From positions 6,703 to 70,702 of the forward strand of contig CAJFCJ010000005.1 in assembly GCA_904063045.1 (NCBI GenBank): DNA of 64,000 nucleotides, given 5' to 3'. This document shows positions 25,059 through 37,617 of the stretch, one piece after another. This stretch comes from Dimorphilus gyrociliatus (lineage: Eukaryota > Animalia > Annelida). Under the pieces are notes generated by a model. It had not been told where the DNA came from. It saw nothing but the letters and a program-made list of their open reading frames with translations, and made no database searches. Positions within the stretch are counted from its first letter, which is position 1. Each line of letters starts with the position of its first letter. A program made the position numbers and the translations under genes.

Positions 25059-28000
25059 TTGTTCTACAATTCAACAAAAAAGACAAACACTAAATATATG
25101 ATTTTAATAATATTTCTATTGTTTTGTTGTTTAAATAAAGCAGAAATATTTGAAAATGAGAATAATTATTTTTTGGATGTTATCAATGAGACTCAACAAT
25201 ATGCTGAAGGATATTTAAAGATTTTGTTTAAAAAGGAAGTTTTTTCTGTCCATTTTGAATATGAACAGAGAGAATTTCCTTTAATAATAGGCGGAATTAT
25301 GGGATACGACAATTTTTATTCCATTTCCTATGCAACTGATTTAAAAATTTTAACCAAATTTGAAATAGTTTTCATTGGAGATAAATGCTGTTTTCTGTAA
25401 ATAGAAATACCTATTTATTTTTTAGCTTTAGTTTTTAAAAATTAGGCCTATGTTACAATTCATAAGAAAAGTCATTGACTTGTCATTTTTCCATAGAAAA
25501 GTCACTAAGGCGAAGAAAAAACTTGTAAAATTAATTTTAAAATATTTCAAAATGACTTCTCCATGTTGGCAATTATTTTTTTGTCTAATAAATTAATAAA
25601 TCTTAATTATTAAATTTTAACAAAACAGATATTCTAAGTAGACCAACTTCACAGCTAAATGTTCATAAACTCTTCCTAAGAAAAGGGAACAGTTTATTTA
25701 AATTATTTACATTAAATACATACAATAAGAAGAGAATTTGTGAACAAACACTACTCCAAATACAGGAAACATATGTCAATGAATTGAAATTCAATACACT
25801 TGAAAAAGTTCTTTTATTGGTAGAGGATGATGGTAGTTTTACATTTCTATTCAAGTACTCAGAATCAATGGCAAATATCAGTAGAATATATTGCAAACAT
25901 AATGAAATGAATGGTATGAAAATTTCATTCTAAAATTAAACTAAACTACTATTTTGTTTTAAAGAAATTAAGAGAATTTCAAATGGAGTTTCTCTATTAT
26001 ATGCTCTTACTATGGCAGATGATTTAAAAATGTGGAAATATATAATTGCATCTAAATCTCATGGAAAATTACCATTAGCTTTTAGTATATTAATTCATAT
26101 TAAACAATGTTGTTCATTTATTTGTTGGAATATTAATAAACAAGTACCAATAATGTCTACTTGTAAATCAATTGTAATCATATCAAAAGTTTCTTATCTT
26201 TCACATAGAAAAAATCATAATTCCATATAAACAGCTTTCTTTTTTTTATTTTTTAGAAATATTTTCCAATAATACATCCTTGTGGTGACTTAAATACAAA
26301 TATTTTGGATTGTTTTTTTTACAAATATCCAACAATACAAACGAAAAAAATCAGAATTGCAACAACATTTTGTGAACATGATTTTGAAAATAGTTAGTTT
26401 TTGTTCTAGGCCTAAGGCAGGAAGGGAGGGATGTAAAAATTTCTTATTTTTTTTAATACTAAATACCAGCTGTACAAATCTATTTTGCAGTGCATACAAT
26501 GAAGAGTTTAATAAATACTCAATTGCTATTCCATAAATATAGAGAGCAAGACAAATATGATATAGGAGTATTAAAAATGAGATTAAAGAATAATTCATTG
26601 GATACATTTCATGTTCAATACAAAAAGCTGCCAACAAATATATTGATTCAGATTTGTTCAGCAATTGGCTATGATAATCTCTTTTCTCTTGTGTATCCTT
26701 GGAAAATTTCCAAAACGGAAAAAAACTACAAATATTATGATATATTTTCAAAGAGTTTGAAGATTTGCTGTTATTTGTAAGTTGTTTTCCATGTGAAACT
26801 ATTTTTTTTTTCCAACTATTCACCTTGATTGGGAAAAAGTATGAAATATTATTTGAATCAAAAAATTATGATCCAGTTGCACCACTTTTTAAAAAAGAAA
26901 TCTATATTATAAAATTATGTAAAGATGTTTGTAACCTATTTTCAATGATTTTTAATTCACTAAATTGCTATTTTGCAACAATAAAAAGAAAGTTGAATGT
27001 AAAAATTTGAATTTAATTTTTAAAATTATTTAAAAGATATATAATCTTTTTTCTCTTTAGAAATTTGACATGTTAAGTTGTTCGCGTAATTCAGGTTATA
27101 AAAGCTGTAGTGTGGTAGAGGGAACTTCAAAGATGATATATGAAGCGAATATAATTTGTGATAATACAAAAGGAAAATATAGTAATCATCTTTATTAATC
27201 TTTTCTGTTCAATTTATGAAACTGATAGAAAGTATAAAAAATTGACAGGCATTTTTCAAATTGTATACAAAAATTCTTGGCTTGCACTTAAATATGTTGA
27301 ACATTTTGAAATTGGTGTTATTTGCAAATATTTTGGTTTTAATTATGGGAAAATAATTCAAGAATCAAGTATTGCTGAATATATATATATAAATTTGATG
27401 GTTATGAATTCACTTATGTTGACAGTTTTGAAACAATTTCATGTAAAAGTATATCACTTTTAAATTGTAACTTTAAAAGAAGAAAGTAAGAAATTCCTTT
27501 TTTCTTATTGCAAAAGTATTAGTAAAATAATCATGTGAATCATTAAAAGGATATTAAGAAAATGGCTGCCATATTATTTAGAATGTTCCCATGAAAATGT
27601 TATTGAAAGTAAAAATACTAATATTTCATTTTTTTTGTTTAATTATTCTAATATGTTTGAATTTTTTAACTGATTGCCCCAAAACCTCTGCTTTGCTGAT
27701 CTACGATGTCTGCTATTATACTTTTGAGTATACTAGACAAGCATTAGTATCAGAGATGAAAGAGTTTTGTGTAAAAAAGAATTTAACATACTCTGATTAT
27801 CCAACACTTAATTCATTGTTTGTCACCCTATTCTTATCATATGTCAAAATGCCAAGCGTTGAGAAATTTTCGGAGGATAATCCATTCGGTTATCAAAGTA
27901 AAACCAAACTTTTTATTGAAAACTTTCTATTTGTGTTTTTTTTATATGTTGTTCTAGTCTTGGAGAAAAGAAAATATAGGAGAAATCAATACATTTATGT

Positions 28001-29860
28001 GACAACAAGTGGTAGAACAATCAGTATTCCTCCATTTTATAACAAGGTCAGTAAAAGGAATTTGTCAATTTTTCCAATTAGTGATTCATTCTTTTCCTTG
28101 TGCCAAAAAAAAACCAAAACAGATCAGAAAGCGTGTTAAATATATAAATCAACAATCATTTGAAAATTCTGACAACTATAAACTAAATTGTAAAAGTATT
28201 TTATATAAAATTAAATATATTCAAACAGATATCTAAAACAGAAAATTTTTTCAACAAAGTTAAATTTCTCACTTATTGTTTATTTCAATCATATTGGGTA
28301 ATTTTTATTCTATATGTTTGATGATGAAAATGGGATAAAGATGTTAGGAATCTAGTAATCAAGAAACATAATGAATTAGGAAAATTAAGGGCAACAGCAA
28401 GGGCTTTGGATTGGCACCGTCCACTATAAGTGATAGTTTTAGATATGAACCACCATGACAAGAGAATTGGGGTTGTCCAAAGCCTCACAGAAAGAGACAT
28501 TGGCAGAATGAAAAGGATTGTGAAGAGACTTAAAAGAAACAAGGAAAGGGTGACAGCAGGAAAGATTTTAAAGAAATTAGAACTGGATATAAGCCTTAGA
28601 ACAATTCATAGGGAGCTGAAAAGACAAAATTTGAATTATGAAAGAATAAGACGAAGAGACGATCTCACACCCAAGGATTACAAAAGAAGAGAACAGTATT
28701 ATCTTAAAACACCCAAGTATAATTATATAACCGTCACCCTAATCCTGACAAAATATTTGGAATATGATGGGTCACAATTCCAGTCTGAGGATGAACTACA
28801 AAATGACAAAAATATTAGTCCGAAACCATTGTCTAGATTGTTTTGTTCGGTTTATCAAAATTTGCAGTGTCTGGGTTTTTCAGACGATTACTATATGTGA
28901 CTCTATTCAACGAACAATGAATCATTTAACAAATTTAAAAATATTAAAAATGAATAATTATCCTCTGAAATCAATTTTAAGTAAATCATTCAAGCCATTA
29001 AACAATTTGAAATATTTGTCAATGAAAAATATTGTCTTCAAAATGGAATATTTCATTCAAATAATTAATGGTTTTATGAATATTCAAATTATTCATATTG
29101 ATTTTTTTAATTATTGCTGCTATGTATGGAAAACGTTGGGTAGTAATGTAATATGTAAATTTAAATTCAAAATTTTATACAATTGTAAAAATCTTTTAAA
29201 TTTAAATATTATTGTTGTTATTTTTTGGTTTTTTGGTATATTTGGTGTTATTTTTAGTTTATAGTCAATCTATTTATTTTCAAAGTCAGAAACATTTTTT
29301 AAATATCAGAATATCTTGTTAAGCATAGTATCATTATCAATTTCTGTGTATTTTCTATCAATTTCTAGTGTTAATGTATATTTGAAAGAAATCTTCATAG
29401 AATCAATATACAATTGGAAAAATAGCATTTTTTGCTCTTTTCTTGGAATACTAATGACATCATCCTTCTATATGCTAAGGAGCATTTTCTGTATATTAAT
29501 TCTGAAGAAAAATTATTAGAGAATGATATTGGAACAATTATTTGTGAAGAGTTCTATAAGAATTTCAAATATTTGAAATGCAGTTTAAAAATTATTTTGG
29601 CTATAAAATATGTTCATGAAAAGGAATTGTCATTAAAAGATTCTCCTAATTTGCATTCATTATTTTATGATGTATGAAAATATTTTTATAATGATAAAAG
29701 CTAACAGATTTCTTTAAATTTTATTTAGAACATGAATAATACCTATTTCCTTTCTGTTAGAGATTTTTGTGTAAAAACATCAATGAGTGAACAAAGAGAT
29801 ATTTATGATTTTGGTATTATATTAAGAAAAATTCTACAAAAACGAAAACATTTTATCTGC
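25059..29860 (+). pseudogene. Decayed GRL101/LGR-like receptor (SRCR-like, C-type lectin, LDLa and LRR ectodomain plus partial 7TM) followed by a kinase-like segment
   Basis: Fragments: 'GVICKYFGFNYG' (SRCR-like), 'CPKTSALLIYDVCYYTF' (CTL), 'YDGSQFQSEDE' (LDLa end), 'LTNLKILKMNNYPLKSILSKSFKPLNNLKYLSM' (LRR), 'FWFFGIFG...SVYFLSISSVNVY...NWKNSIFCSFLGIL' (TM1-TM3). Many stops. Confidence 0.6.
28340..28705 (+). mobile_element. Tc1/mariner transposase N-terminal (HTH) remnant
   Basis: 'SLTERDIGRMKRIVKRLKRNKERVTAGKILKKLELDISLRTIHRELKRQNLNY...LTPKDYKRREQY' resembles the Tc1/Tc3 DNA-binding region; G-richer than its flanks; homologous to 34240-34740. Confidence 0.75.
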
Positions 29861-29984
29861 TAAAAAATTTCAATGAAACAATCTTTTTGGAAAATGTTGC
29901 AAATGTTTAGTATATCTATCTTTGGTAATAGGAGGAGTTTTCTTCAGTCTCTGCTTTCATAACTCTCCTTAATACTTTTTTTTT

Positions 29985-30265
29985 TTTTTATGTGACCACC
30001 CTCTCTTTTTATACATTTATTAATTCTGTGACCCATTCCGTCATATAAATGTGGTATTAAGTCTGGATTCTTCTCAATAACGTCAATTTATCCTCCAACT
30101 CAAACTGTGGCCCATTGTAAACCATTCTTTTTGTAAGGTGCCAAATATTCACAATTGGGCTCAGAGCAGGGCTCTTTCCTGGCCAATCAATTGGTTTGAT
30201 ATCATTTTTTATAAGCCCTTTTTATTATTCTAGCTGTATCCAGCGTTATCTTGCATTATCAGATT
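29985..30265 (-). mobile_element. Tc1-family DDE transposase C-terminal remnant
   Basis: Minus-strand translation 'MQDNA...IDWPGKSPALSPIVNIW...LYDGMGHRINKCIKREGGH' matches the Tc1 QDNA, WPxxSPDLNPIENxW and terminal GG motifs; contains stops. Confidence 0.85.
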
Positions 30266-30471
30266 GATATTACATTTAATTAAGTTGGAATTGACAGTAT
30301 AAAACTTAAATAACATCTGTACCTTTTCAAAAAAAAGAATTTACCATGTTAGCTCATTTGAACATATTCAATTTAAAAGATATCTTCTTTGTCATATGTT
30401 TCCAAAAATCTGGTTTTTGTTCAGAATACTTTTCAAAGGAGAATGTCAACTTTATAACAATAGAATCTACA

Positions 30472-32887
30472 GGGTGCAGGAGAAAACGTCCACAAGAGAA
30501 AACATCCACAGGAGAAAACGTCCACAAGAAAAAAACGTCCACAGGAGAAAACATCCACAACTGAGGAGAAAATGTCCATAGTGAAAGAGAATTTTTCTTT
30601 TTAAAACCTTTGGAGATTAAGATGAAAAGGAAAATTGAGAGAATAAATATATAATTTGTATTTATGATATTATGATATGTTGAAAACAAAAACTAAAAAC
30701 TACAAAACAAACTGCAAAAAAATTATAAAAGACTAAGTTTATAACATGGTAACAAGCTAAATGAATGAGTTATGACGCAATATAAATGCTGGCTGCCTTT
30801 TCCAATAAATCTGATGCAGATATTAATCTGAACTCAAATTGCTCCCATAAGCCAAAGATCTGACTTTGAATTTTCTGATAAGGCTTTCTCTGTTGTCTAC
30901 ATATCTTTTTCTCACTTAATAATTTCTTGTACAATGGAATCAACTCTGCTTCTCTCTTTAATTCATCAATGATAACATACAATGAAGAATTGGCATGGAT
31001 ATTCCTGTTTAATCTATTGTGCCATCCTTCCAGGTCATTGTTGGTTCTGATTGCTTCACCATATATTGACCAGGTATGTGGTGGGTAATATCCATATAGC
31101 CACTGGTTCTTGATGTAATCAATAAATGGTCCTAAATGAGTTGAGGTTGTCTGTTCAATGTTTTTGAATGCATTTTCAATGATGTTTGATGGCAAAAATG
31201 GTAATGCCATTATTTTTTTCATTGTGTGGTAACACTCTCCTTTTGCCTTATATTCACAAGAGTAGCCCAATTCCTAAAATTATTACATTTCTTAATTTTT
31301 TTGCAACAGATGATGATAAAAGTTACCTGAATTTTCCTATATACAGATTGGGTCCAGTGAAAGACACATCCTTTAATTATAACCTCAGGATAAACAGATG
31401 ACAATGCTCTCCAGATACCTTTTTCAAAATCCACCACAAATTTCATTGGGAAATGTTGATTGGTCAGCTCCTTTATGGACTTTTTTTAAGAATTTTAATA
31501 CTTAAAAAAATTGAAATTAAAAGTATGTGTACCTGAAATAATTTCTTATAAGCTGTCTTTTTCTTTGATCCCATAAATGCAAACAGTAATGGAATTTGTT
31601 TCATTTCTCCATGTTATTTGATGAACTCATGAACTGTGAACAATTGGTAAAATGGGTCTCTGACACATTTAAATGTTCCATCCAAAAACCATATCTTTCC
31701 TTTAGACAGTAGTTCAATTTGTTTGGAAATTATTATTCTGTCATCTTTCATTTTAATATCTTTTACCAGAAACTCATCTGGTATAAATGATATTTCAAAA
31801 TTTGAGTGAATATCTGTCAGCTCTTCTGGCTTGTAAACATATAACCATCATAGGCTAATAGGTCTTTACCTTTTTGACTCATTCCTTTCAGAATTTTGAA
31901 AGTTGGCTCCATATCTACTCTTTTTGATGTTGGAGAATTTATGAAAGAAGTTTCCATCAAATTATTTAAATCCTGTGAATGATTTTCTGTTGTGATTTCA
32001 ATGTTACACCCAATCATTAGATCTGTGCTGTTGTTTTCAACAATAACATCATTATCATCAACATCTGTTCTCATATTTCTATCACTTTCTTTTTCATTTT
32101 CATAAATATCTGGACCATTACCAACAACATCATTCATAGTATTTTGAACTTCATATGTCATCTCTACTTCCTTTTCCACTTCAGAGTTCACTGTTTTGAT
32201 TTGACTAGTAGACAGCTGTTGTAAGGTGACCAAACATGTTCTCTTAGAAATATCTTCACAAATATTGCAAAGAAAGAGATGATTTTCTGTTAATACAATC
32301 ATTTAAAAAAATGATATATGCTATAAAATTGAATTTAACCTACTTTTCATGCATTTCTTGTGAATTATTACCCAATGGTGACATAGTTGACACTTTGCTT
32401 TATGCTGTCTTCCAACCATTTTCTCCTTACAATTGTAGCAATATGCCATTATCTATCAGTAAAAAGAGAAAGTTACCCCAAAATGGCTGCTCAAATATTT
32501 TAAAAGAGATTTTATTAATTAAAGTTTTACCTTAAACTGATTCAATTTAAAAGACTTATCAAGAGATATTCTGGTGTATTGAATTTTTTTGATATTGTGT
32601 TGTACTTGTGAAATATCCTTTTCAGATAATATTTGAATCAAACTCTCCTTTGTATGGAACAAAAACAGGAAATCATAAACAGGAAATAGTTCCTCAACAA
32701 AATGGAGAACCTGACATTGCATAATTTTTATTATCACTACAATGTACATACATTATTAATTTTAATTTCCATGGCCATTTTCCCCTATAGACTTTTTCCA
32801 CTGTGGACATTTCTCCTGTGGATATTTTCCTCTGTGGACGTTTTCTCCTGTGGACGTTTTCTCTTGTGGACGTTTTCTCCATAAACC
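30472..32887 (-). mobile_element. Full-length, defective Mutator (MULE, Phantom-like) element with tandem-repeat TIRs
   Basis: Perfect 9-bp TSD GAATCTACA (30463-30471 and 32888-32896). Both ends carry 5-6 copies of 16-bp GGAGAAAACGTCCACA in inverted orientation. Transposase motifs 'KGKDLLAYDGYMF' (FLYWCH start), 'WFLDGTFK', 'VDFE...CVFHWTQSV', 'RTNNDLEGWHNRLN'; internal deletion, frameshift and stops. Confidence 0.95.
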
Positions 32888-34239
32888 GAATCTACATTAG
32901 ACTACAGTTATGGATATCTTTTGAATTCTCCTGGAGCTGTTATCATTGTACATGAAATTATACAAGAGATATAACAAATACCTTATGCTATAACTTGGGC
33001 TATCATTCTCCAATATCATTTCATACAGCTGGAGAACTAGGCCAAAATCGAAATTGTAAAGAAGAAGATACCCAAAAGTCTAAAAATGATTGTTGTTTTC
33101 AGTGAGAATGAGTTATATGATGAAAAGAAAATGCATTAATTTTTTTAACAAAATGTTATTTTCAGCAAACAGACTTTGAATTGTAAGGGAAGAAAAATAT
33201 TAATGCTGAAATGCTTCAACAAAACACGTACTCTAACCAGATGAGAAAATATCCACACTTTTGCATTGCTTCCTCCCAAACTCTTTTGCAACTTATAAAA
33301 CCTTACGAATCATTATACCTGTGATAAAAATGTATTACAAATGTATCCCATCGTCCTGAAATCTCATGACTTTCAGTGGACATTTTCTCCTGTCATTAAA
33401 AACAAAGCTTGAGCCTAAACTTTTTAAATGTTTTTTTTCCCCATACATTTATTTACAATTTTACTATCTTTACAGATGACAATGACATTTTCAAGGTTGA
33501 AAAATCACATTCTTACAAAAAGAATCTAATTTGTGCAGCAAGTTTATATAATTTAAAAACAAGCTTAACAAATCAATTTTATAAAAAATTAAATAAAAAT
33601 TTGTATGCTACTCTAAAAAAAAATTCAAAAGTTTGAATTTTAAATGTAACAAGAACTTTAAACTTGAAGATTTTGAATTATTTCAATCAATGTTTGAAAA
33701 ATCATTAAACTATCATATATTTTCTATAAACATTAAAAATCATATTAATAATAAAGTTTACATTTTGCATTATGCAAATTTAAGTTTGAATTTGTCGAAT
33801 TATCTATGCGGCCATTTTGAATATGACACTGTCCATTCTCTCACCAAACCGCTTACAACTTCAGCAATTCTGTTACCATTTGCAAGTTTTAAAACTATTA
33901 TTCAACTGACACCGAAATGTAAGAAACTACAAAAATAGTTTTTTAAGCATAATTTTTTTGATTTTAAAAAGAAACTTTGTTTGATAGTTTGACTTAATTT
34001 GTAATTATATGAATTTGAAAGCAGAAAAGAAGGAATTTGGTTTCTGTGCACTTCATCCTATAAGTAATTCTTTGAAACTATATACCTAATTCAATACTAT
34101 TTTATCTATCAAAAAATTAAAAGAGTGCTTTGTAGAAATTACTTATAAAGTCAATGATGTAAAAATTGGAACACCAAAAAATTTCAATAGGCCAACTTTT
34201 GATTAACTGTAGTTATTTTTAAAAAGCCTTAAAATAATT

Positions 34240-34740
34240 TAGAGGGAGCTGAAAAGACAAAAATTTGAAATATAGAAGAATAAGATAAAGAGTTGATCTT
34301 ACACCGAAGGACTGCAAAAGAAGAAAACAGTATTGTCTTAGAACAACTTAGTGTTGTTAGAATTGTTTGATCATTACATGGTTATAAAGTGTACGACAGG
34401 AATATGTGGACACCGTAAATTTTGATAGGCCAACTTTCAATTATTTGTTGACTAGTATTTTGTGTCTAAATTCAAATAGAAAACGAGATAAATTGACATA
34501 AATTGAAAATTTTTTAAGAAAATGATAATATTTTGTGAATATTATTGGCAAAATGGCACCATCATCTTGAAGCAACATCTTGAAGTATAAGCAGGCAGAA
34601 CAAAACAATAGAGGTGGTCGAAAGAAGCTTTCAGACAGAGAGATAGCCAGGACGAAAAGGATTGTGAAGAAACAGAAAGAAAGCAAGGAAAGGGCGATAG
34701 CAGCAGAGATATTAAAGGAATTAGAAGTAGATGTATGTTC
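34240..34740 (+). mobile_element. Scrambled Tc1/mariner transposase fragments
   Basis: 34240-34340 aligns at DNA level with 28612-28705; 34590-34740 encodes 'RGGRKKLSDREIARTKRIVKKQKESKERAIAAEILKELEVD', homologous to 28480-28590. The order is swapped relative to the 28.4-kb copy. Confidence 0.7.
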
Positions 34741-35399
34741 ATCTCAGAGAAATTGATGACTAAAATTATTATTTTTATTGAATAATTTATTCATTTCAAG
34801 AAATTGACATTTTAAGAAAATGGATTTGGTTTATGAAAAGTGCTGTATTAAAGAGAGGACACACAGTTAATTACACTTTATAAGAAATTATCAAGTGAGA
34901 CAAAGATATATAGATAGTAAGGAAACTTTATCAGAAAGTTCAGAGTCAGATTTTAGGCTCATGGGAGCAAATTGAACAGAGATCAAAAGGAGGTCCTTTT
35001 CTGGTTTCCTGTGTCATCATCCGCTCCTTCTAAGAAAATGTCCTCTCTTAGTTTCTGTAAGCACATTGCTGATGTTGAAGCGAGAAGATATCATGTCATT
35101 AATCATAAATAATTATGAATATAACTGAAAATGCACCATTTTTGTGAAAAAATTCAAAGAGAATGCTTTAGAAAATATTTTCTAAACCAGCCAGACATTT
35201 TCTTACACAAAGAACATGCTAAATTCTTCATCAGCAATTGATGTAAATGTGTTGATATGGCATTGTTCTTTGATCGTTTTACAGCCAAAATACCTCGAGC
35301 AATTTGCACATATAGGATTGTCTTTTTGAACTAAGAATCCTTTGGTAGTCATTTTCCTTAAGCAGAAGCTACTTTTCTTTTTGATATTTATTTCTTCCT

Positions 35400-36430
35400 G
35401 TTAGGCCTATCAGAATAATATTTAATAATATTTTTACTGTATATCCCTCAATGCTTTTCCTATTGATTTTGATATTTTGCTTAGTTGGTTTAAAAAATTA
35501 CATAATTGAAAATCAATTTACAATTTTGTCGAACATATTGTTAATATGTATTTTAATGGTCCTACTCATAGAGAATGAATGGAATGCTTGGTATTCTAAT
35601 AAAGATTTCATCTTCTTAGGAAATTGGATTGAATTGGGTAAATTTACAATAATATTAAATAATTTATATTTTATCAATTATAATCTCTATATCAGTGGAA
35701 ATTTGGATTTTTTATGAAATTTAGTCATCATGACAATATTTTTGTATCAGATGATAAATTTTCCATACTTAGCTTTATCATCTCTCTTAGTATGCATCTT
35801 GATTACAATACCATCTTTTATCTTTTTATCTCTTACTTATGGTAAAATTCCAAAGTATTATTTAATGCATTTATATTGTTTCTTGGAATGTTCAGTAATG
35901 CACTCTTTTGCTTTAATTAAAACTCAAAGAGTATAAATTGTACTTTTATAAAAGATTTATAGAAATTCATCCTACTATTCATAGAAATGCTACAATTGAT
36001 GATTTGGCTGTTAAAGTTAATGTATAAACACTTGCATGGTCCCAAAGCAAAAGAATTTGTAAAAAGGACAAACGTTTTTATTCGTAAAATGTCATTTGTT
36101 TTTAACAGGATTTGTGAAAATGCTGGATATGATCTAGGTTTTCAAAAATGAATTTTTAAATCGTTTTAATAATAAAGCTGAGAAAATTTCTATGATAAAT
36201 GCATAGCCACTTTGGCATTAAAGAATAAAAAAGGCGCAGTTGTTCATTCAGTGAATATATATTCTTTTATTACTGCTATATTAAAAGAGCGCCATTTTGG
36301 AATTCATTACTTAAGATTAGTCAGTCCATTTTACAATATAGGGTTTCACCTTAGGGATAGCCAAGAGACAGGGGTTAGCTTCATTTGTCGACATTTTCTA
36401 TCTACAAGATTACTTATTTCTCTGAGAAGG
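35400..36430 (+). pseudogene. Highly decayed 7TM (GRL101-like) remnant
   Basis: Hydrophobic fragments 'LIENEWNAWYSN', 'ILITIPSFIFLSLTYGKI', 'RKMSFVLTGF', 'SMINA*PL' resemble the TM3/5/6/7 regions of the other copies. Confidence 0.35.
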
Positions 36431-36894
36431 TAACGAGAGAGAGAATAAGCAACATATCTTTAAGATCTCAATTTGTCCTTAAATTGAAACATTAAATAAA
36501 AGTTCTAACCGTATATTTGAATCTTTACTGCAAATTGCTGACAGACTACACTAGAAATCAATGTATCCTCATTTGTTATTAAATATTCAGCAGAAAGACA
36601 AATATTTGTTTTGTTTGTCAAAAATAGATGAACAAAAATATCTCAAAAGTCTTAATCAAATATACAAAACGACCAGATGCGGATTGAATGATAATTGATT
36701 ATCAATAGTTCAGCCATCCAATTTTTTGCAGAATATAGCACTCAACTTTCATTCATAGAACTGCAATGTTCCTATTAATCCTTCAAATTGATATTATCGT
36801 TTTAATACAAGTTTTACAAACTACTTTTTCAGGTCTGCTTTCTTATTTCTTTTCATGTTCACACCAAAAACAAAAAAAACCTTTGAAAATTTAG

Positions 36895-37617
36895 CTTGTC
36901 CATATGAATATTTCCCGGGAAAAGCGATATCTGTCTCATCAATTCCAATTGCTGAATTTAATGGCGCTCATAGTGGTATAACATCTGTTGAAAATTGTCA
37001 AAAATATTGTGACAATAATCCATTTTGCAAGTAAATTTCTTTTGTTTAAATAGAAATTCAATATTCTAAGATAAAATGTTATCTTTTAAAGGTCAATTGA
37101 TTATAAAACAGGATCTAAAACTTGTTTCTTTAATAATGAATCAAAGCACACCAAACCAAATTTATTTAAAGTTGATGTCAGATATGATTATTATGGAAAA
37201 GTTACAGATTGTGGTCAGTATTTTAATTTAATGGAATAACATTTCATATTCATTTGAACAAATCATGCTGAAAACTCTCTCATCTTCTTCAAAGTTTATC
37301 ATTCTTCCCTATTCTTATTGTTTGTTTAAATATTATTAGGACATTATGGGTGTGGGAGAAAATTTGACTGATACCTTAAACCCTAATCTAATTGTTTACA
37401 TGGCTTCTACCCATACCCTGAATTCTAAGATTTTACCTCCCTGAATATTTTTTCTCAACCTCCCACCACCCTTCCCAGGGATATTATGTTTCTAACTATT
37501 TTAATACTTGTACAAATCTGATTAAATTGTACCTACATATAGATTTTGTTAATTATTTAAGGTAATGTGGCTCCACCTATTGAGACAAAATTCAGTGATT
37601 GTGCGAACTGCTACTAA
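36895..37617 (+). CDS. PAN/apple-domain exons (5' end not located)
   Basis: Exons 36895-37030 'CPYEYFPGKAI...VENCQKYCDNNPFCK', 37092-37213 'SIDYKTGSKTCFLNN...YDYYGKVTDC' and 37562-37617; GT-AG junctions split the PAN domain at the CxS motif. Confidence 0.7.
37348..37478. mobile_element. Degenerate Mutator-type MITE in a PAN-gene intron
   Basis: Left end GGGTGTGGGAGAAAA matches the MULE terminus GGGTGCAGGAGAAAA; flanking 9-mers GGACATTAT/GGATATTAT (8/9); internal CCCTAA. The right TIR is poor. Confidence 0.45.

Noticed and set aside
30479-30580. CRISPR-like array of 16-bp repeats
   Set aside because: The units are directly adjacent with no unique spacers, occur inverted at the other end of a MULE, and the DNA is eukaryotic.
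30346-30689. ORFs 30346-30564, 30354-30689, 30396-30581 and 32694-32884
   Set aside because: They are translations of the MULE terminal tandem repeats.
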